From: Thermodesulfovibrionia bacterium
GTDB lineage: Bacteria > Nitrospirota > Thermodesulfovibrionia > UBA6902
DNA length: 64,000 nucleotides
Direction: 5' to 3'
NCBI GenBank assembly: GCA_945787795.1
Contig: CALZJD010000001.1
Span: 5,776-69,775 of the forward strand
Part shown: positions 9,535 through 19,271 of the stretch, one piece after another
Numbering within the stretch: the stretch's first letter is position 1
How the letters are laid out: every line of letters starts with the position of its first letter
Position numbers and translations under genes: made by a program
Notes under the pieces: model-generated
Databases searched by the model: none
Seen by the model: the letters and a program-made list of their open reading frames with translations, nothing else
What the model was told of the DNA's origin: nothing

Positions 9535-10890
9535 TTACAACCGTAAACATATATATGAAAAAACAGCGAACGTGAGAATTCTTATTGCTAATTCACCCTG
9601 ATAGGGGATAATGTACTGTGAGTCTTGTTTGTCCATTTCATTCATGTTCGTATTTATTGTTTTTTCAGCTATTTTCCTGCTTGCAACTATAAGAGAGATC
9701 AATATATATAACTGAAGAGTATATCCATCATTACTAAACTGTGCTGCAACAAGATATCCTGTTAACGCTATTCCAAGAGCTTTTGTAATTTGTTTCAGAT
9801 CTGCCAATGCAGGATCACCCCTGCACATCTTTAATGCATTTATCAAGTCCTTATAGCTAAGAATCATTATCAACAGAAAAATACAAAACCCTATGAAACC
9901 ATTTTCTGACAACACCTGCAAAGGCGCGTTGTGCACATTAGTTGTTTCTTCCCCCGTTCGACCCCCAACCCTCAACTGGTCTTCATAATTTGAATATATG
10001 ACAAAATTATTGGCATACTCTCCCGTGCCTACTCCCAGAAAAGGATTCGCCTCTACCATCCGTTTGGCCGTTGCCCACGCCGCAAGTCTCTGACCGCCCG
10101 TCCCGCCCTGCTCGATATCGCTATTAATCGTACTAAACGATTCCCAGTAAATATCTGATATTCTGCTAAGAACAATCATTATAATAATTAATGTAACCAG
10201 CAGTCTTTTAACATTAAAATCAGATAAAATTATTAAAAATAAGATAACGGCCAAGCCGAGATATGCTCCCCTGGAGTTTGTACCTATTATGGCATATAAT
10301 ATAAGTACGAAGTAACCCATGGATTCAATTTTTAATATCAATTTTTTCTGTGATATGGCAATAAAAACAGGAAAGGTGGCCATAAATAGCAGTTCTCTTG
10401 CAAAACCGTTCTTGGCCTGCCAATAATAAGCGGTTTCACTGTCATAATAATGTGCAACATAAGCAAGAGCAGCACCAGATATTATCAATACCCATATGAA
10501 ATTTCTTAACCTGTCCTTGCTATTTACCAGATTTATCACAAGTATATGGGCAAAGATTATTTTATAAAAACTGTCCATATACTTATGTCCCATCACTTCA
10601 ACTCCGTTCACAAGCCTAGAGAGACACATTGTAATAAAAAGGGCCACCATAAGTTTCGTTTGCGGAGCAAAATAAATCTTTTTTGAATCCTTGGTAGAAA
10701 GAAGACTGAAAAAGGTCAGTAAAGCAGTTATGAAAGGAATTCTTAACCATTGGTATTGTGCAAAAACATGCATTAAGTGTAATCCAACATACAGTTGGTA
10801 ATACATGAGTCCAACAAAAGGCCGGCCTCTCATGGTTACCAGCCAGATAATTCCTGTCATTCCCAATATAAAGATTTCCTGTTTTCTCAT
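9535..10890 (-). CDS. O-antigen ligase / Wzy-like polymerase family membrane protein
   Basis: 451-aa polytopic membrane ORF. The IGTNSRGAYLGLAVILFL motif and the following loop (GGQRLAAWATAKRMVEANPFLGVGTGEY) are typical of the Wzy_C/O-antigen ligase family. Confidence 0.75.
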   Translation of the reverse strand: MRKQEIFILGMTGIIWLVTMRGRPFVGLMYYQLYVGLHLMHVFAQYQWLRIPFITALLTFFSLLSTKDSKKIYFAPQTKLMVALFITMCLSRLVNGVEVMGHKYMDSFYKIIFAHILVINLVNSKDRLRNFIWVLIISGAALAYVAHYYDSETAYYWQAKNGFARELLFMATFPVFIAISQKKLILKIESMGYFVLILYAIIGTNSRGAYLGLAVILFLIILSDFNVKRLLVTLIIIMIVLSRISDIYWESFSTINSDIEQGGTGGQRLAAWATAKRMVEANPFLGVGTGEYANNFVIYSNYEDQLRVGGRTGEETTNVHNAPLQVLSENGFIGFCIFLLIMILSYKDLINALKMCRGDPALADLKQITKALGIALTGYLVAAQFSNDGYTLQLYILISLIVASRKIAEKTINTNMNEMDKQDSQYIIPYQGELAIRILTFAVFSYICLRL

Positions 10891-10952
10891 GTTTATTCAG
10901 ATTTTATTGTTACAGGTAATACTATGTTTTAGACAAAGATTCCAATCTGTTC

Positions 10953-11981
10953 CTAAGCCTTCTCTATATAATTAATTTTTTTTGCGATAACTATCATTGC
11001 ATCCCCACTTTTGAATAGCTTTGCAAGCGGATATATTGTGTTTACCAAAATGAGGGAAAATCCTCTAATCAATAACCTTGGCATTTTATTAATAAAAGCA
11101 AGTGGGTTTGATCCTTTATACTTAAAATCACAGTCAGAAGCTTTGCTGACATCAGCTTTCTGATACAGCTTATTTGTTTTATGATTGTTTCTTTTCATTA
11201 CATCGATAATAGAGTTTTCCAACTGAGATACTGTATAAGGCTTAAAAATTTCATAGGTCCTAACACCAATACTCTCCAGGCCTGATTTTTCAAGAAGTTT
11301 CAGCAAAGTACATTTTGAAAACTGAAATACATGACCAGGGGGCGTCGGATGTTCCCAGGCGCCAAAGGTTTTAGCAATAACAGCATAGGTGAATACAGGG
11401 AAAAGACCACCAACATTTGGCGTTGATATAATAACAAGCCCGTCATCTTTCATAACCCTCATAATTTCTTTAAGTGTAATAAGGGGATCGGGCATGTGCT
11501 CGATACTGTCAAACAAAGTTATAACATCAAAGTGCTGATCAGGGAAATCAATTTGGTTGCCTGTTTGCAGTTTTATCTGCTTACCGTATTTCTTCTGGTT
11601 AGCCTCAATTAAATTGCGGTTTAAATCACTGCCATAGGGTGTCCAACCTTGATTTGCAACTAAGTCTAAAAAAATACCTGTTGAACATCCTAAATCAAAG
11701 ACATTATTTATATCTTTTTTGTGCTTTTTCAGTAACCGGATCGCAGTGTTGAATTTTTTTATTTTGTGAGCGTCATGTCCTGCATATCTCTGGCTGTCAG
11801 CTATACTCCTACTTGTCTGATCTTCAGATGTATTATAAAGACTGGCAAGTTCATCTTCATCCATCCGCGGATTCAGATAAACCAGATCACATATATTACA
11901 TTTGACAATGTTAAAGGATTTTTTTGTAACTAATAAACGGGAATCGTCCTTATTGCAAAGAATACATTTAATAAATTCCAT
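10953..11981 (-). CDS. Class I SAM-dependent methyltransferase with N-terminal zinc ribbon
   Basis: 342-aa ORF with CILCNKDD...CNICDLVY (CxxC-CxxC), VFDLGCSTGIFLD (motif I) and DVITLFDSIEHMPDP. Confidence 0.85.
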   Translation of the reverse strand: MEFIKCILCNKDDSRLLVTKKSFNIVKCNICDLVYLNPRMDEDELASLYNTSEDQTSRSIADSQRYAGHDAHKIKKFNTAIRLLKKHKKDINNVFDLGCSTGIFLDLVANQGWTPYGSDLNRNLIEANQKKYGKQIKLQTGNQIDFPDQHFDVITLFDSIEHMPDPLITLKEIMRVMKDDGLVIISTPNVGGLFPVFTYAVIAKTFGAWEHPTPPGHVFQFSKCTLLKLLEKSGLESIGVRTYEIFKPYTVSQLENSIIDVMKRNNHKTNKLYQKADVSKASDCDFKYKGSNPLAFINKMPRLLIRGFSLILVNTIYPLAKLFKSGDAMIVIAKKINYIEKA

Positions 11982-12080
11982 TCATATGTCTCTTAATATA
12001 AAGTAATAGTTGATGGGGAAAAATCGTTAGAATAATCATTGCTGCTAACTGAACTCATAAAAAACCTTACTACCTGCAGA

Positions 12081-13265
12081 TCAATGCATCCGCAAACACG
12101 CGTGATATTCATCAAGTATTTTTTTGGAGTAAAATGTAACAGAATGAGGTAACGCATAATCTCTTATTGATTGAGCATCATATGACTTGCTTAAAACCAT
12201 GATTATCGCATTCTTGATATCTTCGATACTCTTTGATGGCACTAACATTCCAAGTTGATCACAAATAAGAATTTCCGGAATTCCACCAACTGCGGTGGCA
12301 ATTACCGGCAATCCACAGGCCATCGCCTCATACAATACATTTGGACGCCCTTCATTAAGACTTGCCAGACAAAAAACATCACTCGCATTCATCCATAGTG
12401 GTATCTCTTCATGTGCAATGTAATCCTTCATGAGGACACAATGTCTGATATCATATTCATCAAGCATTCTTTTGATAGACTCATAAAGAGATCCGGAACC
12501 TATCAAGACAAGTAACGGTTCTGAAACAGCTTTTAAAGAATATATTTCTTTAAAGGCTTTCAGGAGATACTCCGGGCCCTTTACCTTTTCTAAAGCCCCT
12601 ACATAAAGAATCACATTGCTCTTACTGCTCAAGCCCAGCTTTTTCCTTACGTATTGTTTTGACGCAGGTTTGAATATCTTTAAATCAACGCCGTTAGGAA
12701 TAACGGTGATCTTATTTTCATCAACACCTATATCCAAGACTCTTTTTCTCAGAGACTCACTTACTGCTATAACTTTACCTGTATTTTTCAGGGCATATTT
12801 AATAAATATTTTTAATACGGGATCTCTTGGGAAATAGTTTATATCAGTCCCTCTGACAGTAAGTATCACGGCTTTCCTCAATATCTTGCCCAACAACGCC
12901 CCGACAAAGCCTGCCGGATATGCGAAATGAACATGAATAATGTCAAAATTTATAATTTTCTTCTTTTTCAGAAAAAAGTAAACAGAAATAAAATATAAAA
13001 AACCATTTAGATAGACAGTAAGCTTGGGAATCATGAAATATCGAGGGCGATAAATCATTACATCTTCCCACTGCTCTATTTCAGGTCTTTTGTTATCCTT
13101 GCTTCTTTCACGCAACTTTTTAATTGGTGGCACCCATGGAGTAGGTGAAATTATGCAGGCTATGGTGCATAACTTTCTGATTTCATTTAATTGTTCCTTG
13201 ATAAAAATCCCACTGGTTGGTGAAGCGTTGCTTGGAAAAAGAGATGATAATACAAGTACTCTCAC
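12081..13265 (-). CDS. Glycosyltransferase family 4 (GT-B)
   Basis: 394-aa ORF. The C-terminal region SLNEGRPNVLYEAMACGLPVIATAVGGIPE is the EX7E region of retaining GT4 enzymes. Confidence 0.9.
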   Translation of the reverse strand: MRVLVLSSLFPSNASPTSGIFIKEQLNEIRKLCTIACIISPTPWVPPIKKLRERSKDNKRPEIEQWEDVMIYRPRYFMIPKLTVYLNGFLYFISVYFFLKKKKIINFDIIHVHFAYPAGFVGALLGKILRKAVILTVRGTDINYFPRDPVLKIFIKYALKNTGKVIAVSESLRKRVLDIGVDENKITVIPNGVDLKIFKPASKQYVRKKLGLSSKSNVILYVGALEKVKGPEYLLKAFKEIYSLKAVSEPLLVLIGSGSLYESIKRMLDEYDIRHCVLMKDYIAHEEIPLWMNASDVFCLASLNEGRPNVLYEAMACGLPVIATAVGGIPEILICDQLGMLVPSKSIEDIKNAIIMVLSKSYDAQSIRDYALPHSVTFYSKKILDEYHACLRMH

Positions 13266-13325
13266 TTATTTTAATTTATTATAGTCACAATTTCTTTTTA
13301 AGATTTTCATTTAAGAGTCTGTTAG

Positions 13326-14369
13326 TTAAGCTTGAAAAATTATGGCAATAAAAGTGATAGTTAATACAGCAAACAGCAGGACAAATGACACAACAGACAA
13401 TACTATTAACTGGTTACCTCTCCCTTTCCTTATATATCTGAATGCCCTGATTATAGAACGGAGATAACCGGACACAGGCAAAAACTCATCCATCTCAAAT
13501 GATTGAGGGTTTTTTGAATACTTTTCAAATAACGCTTTTACCGTTATAATTTGAATGTCTTTATCATTTTCGATATACTTCATAAGTCTTTCAAATTTTT
13601 CCATATCCTCCCTGTTCGGGGCAAATTTGGATCTCTCCCTGTTTCTGTTTAAGAAGCTAAAACTGTGCATGAGCAGAGTAATAACTTTTACATTATTATT
13701 TTTTGCTGCTGAAATAACAAACTTGAGTTCGCTTAAAGTATTAGCATTGATATCAAAAGGTTTTTCAGGTTGAAACGGGCCCATCCTGAATTGTGTAAAT
13801 CTTGTCACAGGCAGTTCAACTATCCCTTCCTCTGATAATTGAACACTATTGCTTTTAAACTTGTGCTGGGGCAGTTTGCAGTAATTTGAGCCTATGTTTG
13901 AGCTATCAAGAGGTATTCCAACTACCCTCAAGGCAGAGAGGGTGTTATTGTCAGCTCCGAAACCTCCGGCACGGTGTGCTACAGGATATTCCCCTGTCCA
14001 TTTATAAATCATTTCTTTTCCATTCCTCAGCATTTCTGTTTGCTCGTCAAGGGAATGATTCCACATAAAGCGTTTATTTGTAATCCATTTGGGATGAGTA
14101 TGAAGTTGTACATCATGCCCCCTCCTGAAAATATTCCTGCATACCTCTTTCATTCCATCCTCACCTAAAATATGAGACTCGAATGTGCTGACGAAAAAGG
14201 TAGCCTTGCAATTATATTTATCACATATATCCATTATTTTTGTAATCCCGTAATACTCGCCATTAACCTTACCATAAACCATTTTGGAAATCGGAATTAT
14301 TCTCTTTTTTATATAATCGGCTTCAGTGTCGACAGTAATTATGAGATATGTTTTCTTTTGAGTTCTCAT
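13326..14369 (-). CDS. Polysaccharide deacetylase-like (CE4 superfamily) protein with C-terminal TM anchor
   Basis: 347-aa ORF with LIITVDTEADY, HDVQLHTHP (HxxxH metal site) and VAHRAGGF. The C-terminal hydrophobic tail is LIVLSVVSFVLLFAVLTITFIAIIF. Confidence 0.65.
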   Translation of the reverse strand: MRTQKKTYLIITVDTEADYIKKRIIPISKMVYGKVNGEYYGITKIMDICDKYNCKATFFVSTFESHILGEDGMKEVCRNIFRRGHDVQLHTHPKWITNKRFMWNHSLDEQTEMLRNGKEMIYKWTGEYPVAHRAGGFGADNNTLSALRVVGIPLDSSNIGSNYCKLPQHKFKSNSVQLSEEGIVELPVTRFTQFRMGPFQPEKPFDINANTLSELKFVISAAKNNNVKVITLLMHSFSFLNRNRERSKFAPNREDMEKFERLMKYIENDKDIQIITVKALFEKYSKNPQSFEMDEFLPVSGYLRSIIRAFRYIRKGRGNQLIVLSVVSFVLLFAVLTITFIAIIFQA

Positions 14370-14387
14370 GGTACTATTTCCGAATCC

Positions 14388-15566
14388 TCACATATCAATA
14401 TTTTGCTGTCTGTTATAAACCGCACTGTAAAATTTCTCATAGCGTTCAATCATCTTGTGCAGACTCATATTTTCTTTAACATATTGATATCCCCTGTCAG
14501 CAATCTGATCACTCAACACTTTATCATTAGCAAGCCGTATTACTGTCTTTACAAGAGAGTCTTTATCGTTATTCCTAAAAAGGATCCCTCTTTGTCCATC
14601 ATGCAGCAACTCAATATTTCCCTGGATATCAGAAGCGGCAACGGGAACTTTTGCAGCCATGGCTTCCAAAACTGCATTAGGCATTCCTTCACCAAAAGAA
14701 GATGGAAAAAGAAATAAATCAAAGGCATTTAACAATGCATTAACATTATTTGTCGACCCATTGAAGTATATTTTATTTGACAGGCCAAGATCGTTAGCCA
14801 GTGTCTTCAATTTCTTCTCAAGTTTCCCACTGCCTACTAACATAAGTTTTGCAGCAGGGATTTTTTCCAAGAGATCTTTCATGGCTTCAACAGCAAGCGA
14901 TAGATTCTTTTTACGACTGAATCCGGCTACTATACCCACTATAAAGTCTCGATCATTAAATCCAAGCTGATGACGCAAGGACTGTTTTTCGGTAAACCTC
15001 ATAGGATAAAACCGATCCGTATCAACTCCGTTCTGAATAACAACCACGTTATCCGGATCCAGATGAACACTATCAATAAGTATCTCTTTGAATGTGTCAG
15101 AATTTGTCATAAAGTTATCAGTAATATGTTTCAAAAGACGTCTTGTAAAGAGCTTTGCCTTCTGATTATTCTTGCATTCTTCCACTATATTGCTATGATC
15201 ACTGTATACAATCCGGCATCTTCTTTGAAACTTGCTGACGATACATCCCCAGAAATAGGTAGTAAAATTTCGAAAGTGGACAATATCAGGCTTTACGATT
15301 TTTAAATATTTGTAATAAGCATGGAAGTTAACAGGAGAAAGACCGGGTTTCCGGTTCATGAGGTAAACAGGCACGTCCTCCCTCACGTCACTCATCCTTT
15401 GTCCGTAACGGTCCATACAGATAATAGAAGATTCAAAGTATTCACGGGGAAGACCATTTGCTATATCAACGACTATTTTCTCTGTGCCTCCGTAATCAAG
15501 GCTTAAGACAACATGAAGTATCCTGGTTTTTCTTTTCATACCTTCTTGCTTCAGTCTCCACTCCAT
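14388..15566 (-). CDS. Glycosyltransferase family 4
   Basis: 392-aa ORF with ILHVVLSLDYGGTEKIVVDIANGL at the N-terminus and FPSSFGEGMPNAVLEAMAAKVPVAASDIQGNIE (EX7E). Confidence 0.9.
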   Translation of the reverse strand: MEWRLKQEGMKRKTRILHVVLSLDYGGTEKIVVDIANGLPREYFESSIICMDRYGQRMSDVREDVPVYLMNRKPGLSPVNFHAYYKYLKIVKPDIVHFRNFTTYFWGCIVSKFQRRCRIVYSDHSNIVEECKNNQKAKLFTRRLLKHITDNFMTNSDTFKEILIDSVHLDPDNVVVIQNGVDTDRFYPMRFTEKQSLRHQLGFNDRDFIVGIVAGFSRKKNLSLAVEAMKDLLEKIPAAKLMLVGSGKLEKKLKTLANDLGLSNKIYFNGSTNNVNALLNAFDLFLFPSSFGEGMPNAVLEAMAAKVPVAASDIQGNIELLHDGQRGILFRNNDKDSLVKTVIRLANDKVLSDQIADRGYQYVKENMSLHKMIERYEKFYSAVYNRQQNIDM

Positions 15567-15569
15567 GAT

Positions 15570-16607
15570 TTACTTCGGTGTCTTAAAGGCAATCACCTGA
15601 TAATTCGTTACAAAAAAGAGGAATAATTTATTGATAATATCCAACAGGAAAGGGAAACGTTTAACGACTTTTCTTTTAAGATCTAATGCCGGAGCTTTCA
15701 AATCAATAAAGGGGCCTGATAAAATAAAATCGTTTCCAAAAGTACCATGGATAATCAATTTCAATTCACTTAAAGAAAGCAATCGAATAGAGCTATAATT
15801 AACTCCCTTCATCATCTTCACATAGCTGTTCATAAAGGATCGGGGTATGAATCCTACAAATCTTACTTTCACATGGGGCTCCCGTGTAAATATGTTATAT
15901 CTGTTCGGTGAGTTAAAATAAAACCCGCTTCCGCTTTTCAGTACCCGTTTGACCTCTGAGACAAATTGTTCCTGCCCGGGCAGGATATGTTCAATTACAT
16001 CTGTAGCATTGACAAAATCAATAACTCCATCAGGCAATGGCAAACTTCTGGCATCCGCACAAACAAGCTTAAGGTTCATTATTCCGTTTTCATAGAGGAA
16101 CTTCTGCCCCACAATCAAATCAACAATAGAATAGTCTATACCCACCCCACCTTTAAAATTTTTCATAATCCAGGGAACTGCCGTGCCAGAACCACAGCCG
16201 ATATCTAAAAAAAAGTCTCCACCTGAAAAGTTCATCCCCCGGGCTTCCATTAACTTTTCAATCTGAAACAGGCGGTAAGTCCCTTTTTGTTCATAAGAAA
16301 GTTCAAATGCCTTTTGATGCTCGAAAAGACTATTTGGAATCCCATTGCTTGCGTTATAACGAATCTCGATCAACTCTCTAAACGAAGATGATTCATAAGC
16401 TGACATGAGCAAGTCAATGGTTTTTAATTCCTGTTGAGAAGTGCGGAAATTTTTATTAGAGTTACGAAAATCAGGCACTCCCGCATATACGGGGAATACT
16501 AATTTACAGGAATGGCAGTCCAGCGTATATTTCCCGTCCGAAAGCAAGCCATGGCATCTCGGGCAAATTAAACTGTCAGCCACAAATTTTGACAACTTAG
16601 ATATCAC
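15570..16607 (-). CDS. Class I SAM-dependent methyltransferase with Trm112-like zinc-ribbon N-terminus
   Basis: 345-aa ORF with LICPRCHGLL...LDCHSCKLVFPVYAGVPDF and FLDIGCGSGTAV (motif I). Confidence 0.85.
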   Translation of the reverse strand: MISKLSKFVADSLICPRCHGLLSDGKYTLDCHSCKLVFPVYAGVPDFRNSNKNFRTSQQELKTIDLLMSAYESSSFRELIEIRYNASNGIPNSLFEHQKAFELSYEQKGTYRLFQIEKLMEARGMNFSGGDFFLDIGCGSGTAVPWIMKNFKGGVGIDYSIVDLIVGQKFLYENGIMNLKLVCADARSLPLPDGVIDFVNATDVIEHILPGQEQFVSEVKRVLKSGSGFYFNSPNRYNIFTREPHVKVRFVGFIPRSFMNSYVKMMKGVNYSSIRLLSLSELKLIIHGTFGNDFILSGPFIDLKAPALDLKRKVVKRFPFLLDIINKLFLFFVTNYQVIAFKTPK

Positions 16608-16613
16608 TCTTCT

Positions 16614-18098
16614 TTATTTATTTTCCCGCAGAACCCGCAACGTCGCCCAGCGGTAAATAAAATCTAGATCACTCTCTGTGAAGAAATTAAATGCCCTCAT
16701 GATCAAGCCGTAAGAGCCAAAATACAATAATGCAGACATTGTCAGTAATATGAAGGTAGAAACTTCTAAATTTAATAAATCCAACGGGAGTATTAATACA
16801 CATGCAATCAGCGAACATGACAATGGACGAATCAGCCGCTGATAAGGCAGTAAATCCCAAAAAGACAATTTCATATGAATTTTTGTTTGCCATAACATAT
16901 ATCCGCATCCTGCAAGTTCACTAATTACGATTGCCACTGCAGGTCCGCTAAATCCAAATATTCTTTCAAGAACGATACCTAAAGAGACACTTAAAAATAA
17001 GGATATGTTAACGGCCTTAAAAATAATCCTGGTTTTGCCTATAGCCTGTAGTATAGTTCTGTAGGATGCTATCCTGACAGGCAAGAGAACAAGGTAAATG
17101 CGGAATATTAAAACACTTTCCGAATAATTTGAAGTAAACAACAATGTAATTATCTCATCAGCAAAAATAAATGCATATACAAAGAGGGGAAAGAAAACCA
17201 GGGATACTTTCCACATAGATTCCTGCCATAAGTGCAGTATACTTGACCGTTTTCCTTCCTTGTGATACTCAGCGATTTTCGGTATCATTAAAGTACTGAG
17301 TGTATAAGGCAGCAAAGCAACAAAAGGTAATTCAAAGGCCCCCCTCGAATATACGGCAAAATTAACAGGAGTATAAAAAAATGCAATTATGAACTGATCA
17401 ATATATTTTCTTACTACCCCTACCATTATAGATCCTCCTAAGGGAAATGAGTAAACAAACTGCGACTTCAGTGAGGGAAAATCTAAAAGTTTTGGCCATC
17501 CTCCTTTCAGGGTTAGCAATATAGAAGTCACAAGCAGAAATTTCAATATGTATACCGATAACATAAATATTAAAATTATTCTTAGATCTTTACCTAACAA
17601 CAGGGGGATAATAACAAAGAAAAAATTAAATATTGACGTGCCCGCATTCAGAAGAGATGCAAATTTTGTCCTCCCCAGAGAAACCAGGGTGGGCTGGGTA
17701 CACTTGCTAGGTATTAAAAACAAAAAGAAAAGGCTGAATATCCATGAATAATGCAAGAGTTCCGGATTATTAAACTGTTCACTTATCCAGAACCTGAACA
17801 AATAGCTGACCGCGGCGGCAACCAGACCTAATAACGTCAATAAAATAAAGACCTGAAATGCCAGCTGCTTTTTCTCTTTATCTGCAGACACCCTTGGAAT
17901 AAAATAAGACAAACTTTGCGGCAGTCCTATCGCAATAGTCGAAGATATTAAAACAGAGAAAAGCATTATCTGCCGGAATGTACCATAATCAAACTTGGTC
18001 AAATGCCTCACCATGAGCATCCCCATAACTAACTGGAGAAAGGAAGCGATAAAATTGCTCCCCATATAGATTAAAGCTTTATCCGAAAATCTCTTCAT
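16614..18098 (-). CDS. wzx: Wzx-type (MOP superfamily) polysaccharide flippase, copy 1
   Basis: 494-aa ORF, hydrophobic throughout. Its length, multi-TM profile and position in a GT-rich operon are typical of polysaccharide biosynthesis/Wzx proteins. Confidence 0.75.
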   Translation of the reverse strand: MKRFSDKALIYMGSNFIASFLQLVMGMLMVRHLTKFDYGTFRQIMLFSVLISSTIAIGLPQSLSYFIPRVSADKEKKQLAFQVFILLTLLGLVAAAVSYLFRFWISEQFNNPELLHYSWIFSLFFLFLIPSKCTQPTLVSLGRTKFASLLNAGTSIFNFFFVIIPLLLGKDLRIILIFMLSVYILKFLLVTSILLTLKGGWPKLLDFPSLKSQFVYSFPLGGSIMVGVVRKYIDQFIIAFFYTPVNFAVYSRGAFELPFVALLPYTLSTLMIPKIAEYHKEGKRSSILHLWQESMWKVSLVFFPLFVYAFIFADEIITLLFTSNYSESVLIFRIYLVLLPVRIASYRTILQAIGKTRIIFKAVNISLFLSVSLGIVLERIFGFSGPAVAIVISELAGCGYMLWQTKIHMKLSFWDLLPYQRLIRPLSCSLIACVLILPLDLLNLEVSTFILLTMSALLYFGSYGLIMRAFNFFTESDLDFIYRWATLRVLRENK

Positions 18099-18125
18099 TA
18101 TTATTAAAACAGGTCTTTGTACCGT

Positions 18126-19271
18126 TTATCTGCAAATTTCTCCATATACATCCAAAAGGGCTTTTTCAGCGTTCAGCCAGTTATACTTATTTTTACCTGC
18201 CATAAGGGCATTGTCCTTATATTGTGTAACAACAGGTTCCTCCCTTAATATCTTAAAGGCACCCAACAAACTTACCCTGGTTATTTCATTAAGACTGATC
18301 CCGCATTTTTCCTCTTTTACTATTTTTGCGATCTCTCCAAGATTGCCGGTCAGTATTGCCCTGCCTGCCGCCATTGCTTCAAAAAGTTTATTAGGCGCAC
18401 TATATTGGTTGTTACCGGTGTTATATTCCAGACCATAATAAACAACATCGGAGAGCATTGTTATCATTGGGACACGGTCAGGAGGGGTATATCCTATATA
18501 ACGTATATTTTCCTTTCCCTTGACTGCTGCTGAAATCTCATCTACCAATACCCCCTTTCCGCCTATGAGAAGAAACGCTTCTCTGTCCAGGCAAACCGCC
18601 TCAATAAGTGTCAATAACCCCCTGGAGGGGAGAAAGTAGCCAACATAGGAAATAACCAATTTATCTTCCGGAATGTCTAACTCCTTCCTTGCAGTATTAA
18701 TTTGCACATCTGAAAATCTGAAACTTTCCAATCGCTTCCAATTGCCAATGACCCTGGTCCTTTTGGCGCCTCTGCGTTTGTATTCTTCTTCCAGTATTGA
18801 GCCTACTGTTATTAATAAATCAATTCGTTTGACAAGGAATCTTTCGGCTTTTGCAATGCCCCATTTTATTAAAGGATGAACATTGTCCTTCAGCATCTCG
18901 TAATAGCTTTCATGAGCATCAAAAATTACCGGGACATTTAATTTTCTCCCGATCCAATACCCTAACGGCAATGTATTAAAATCATGGGCATGAATTACTA
19001 CCGGCTCAAGGGCAGATACCCGCTTATATGCCTCCTTCCAAAACTTCCATAAGTATCTTAATTGAGATGAACCACGTCCATAAGATGATCGAACAGAAAT
19101 CCTTTCAACCTGAATTCCATCTATGACTTCACGTTCCCTGTACTTTACTTCTCTATCCCAGCAAAATATTGTCACACTGTAACCGGCATCCACCAGAGAT
19201 ACAGCTTCATTATGTACCCTTGGATCCGGGTCAAAGCCATTGGGCAAAAGCATAAGGATCTTTTTTTTCAT
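18126..19271 (-). CDS. Glycosyltransferase family 4
   Basis: 381-aa ORF with GT-B organisation and the C-terminal motif APNKLFEAMAAGRAILTGNLGEIAK. A 4-nt overlap links it to the upstream GT-C gene. Confidence 0.85.
   Translation of the reverse strand: MKKKILMLLPNGFDPDPRVHNEAVSLVDAGYSVTIFCWDREVKYREREVIDGIQVERISVRSSYGRGSSQLRYLWKFWKEAYKRVSALEPVVIHAHDFNTLPLGYWIGRKLNVPVIFDAHESYYEMLKDNVHPLIKWGIAKAERFLVKRIDLLITVGSILEEEYKRRGAKRTRVIGNWKRLESFRFSDVQINTARKELDIPEDKLVISYVGYFLPSRGLLTLIEAVCLDREAFLLIGGKGVLVDEISAAVKGKENIRYIGYTPPDRVPMITMLSDVVYYGLEYNTGNNQYSAPNKLFEAMAAGRAILTGNLGEIAKIVKEEKCGISLNEITRVSLLGAFKILREEPVVTQYKDNALMAGKNKYNWLNAEKALLDVYGEICR

Noticed and set aside
9535-10890. Could one of the polytopic membrane ORFs (this one, 19268-21292, 16614-18098, 29807-31276 or 25649-26191) be the missing exosortase?
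   Set aside because: Each fits another family better (Wzy/O-antigen ligase motif NSRGAY, GT-C, Wzx, YdjM). None shows an exosortase-like conserved Cys/Arg/His context that I can recognise.
14172-14717. 181-aa plus-strand ORF, the longest plus-strand ORF in the track.
   Set aside because: It lies antisense across the junction of two well-supported minus-strand genes (the CE4 deacetylase and a GT4). It has low-complexity Ile/Phe/Asn-rich composition typical of shadow ORFs in AT-rich DNA. It has no recognisable motifs and no RBS.
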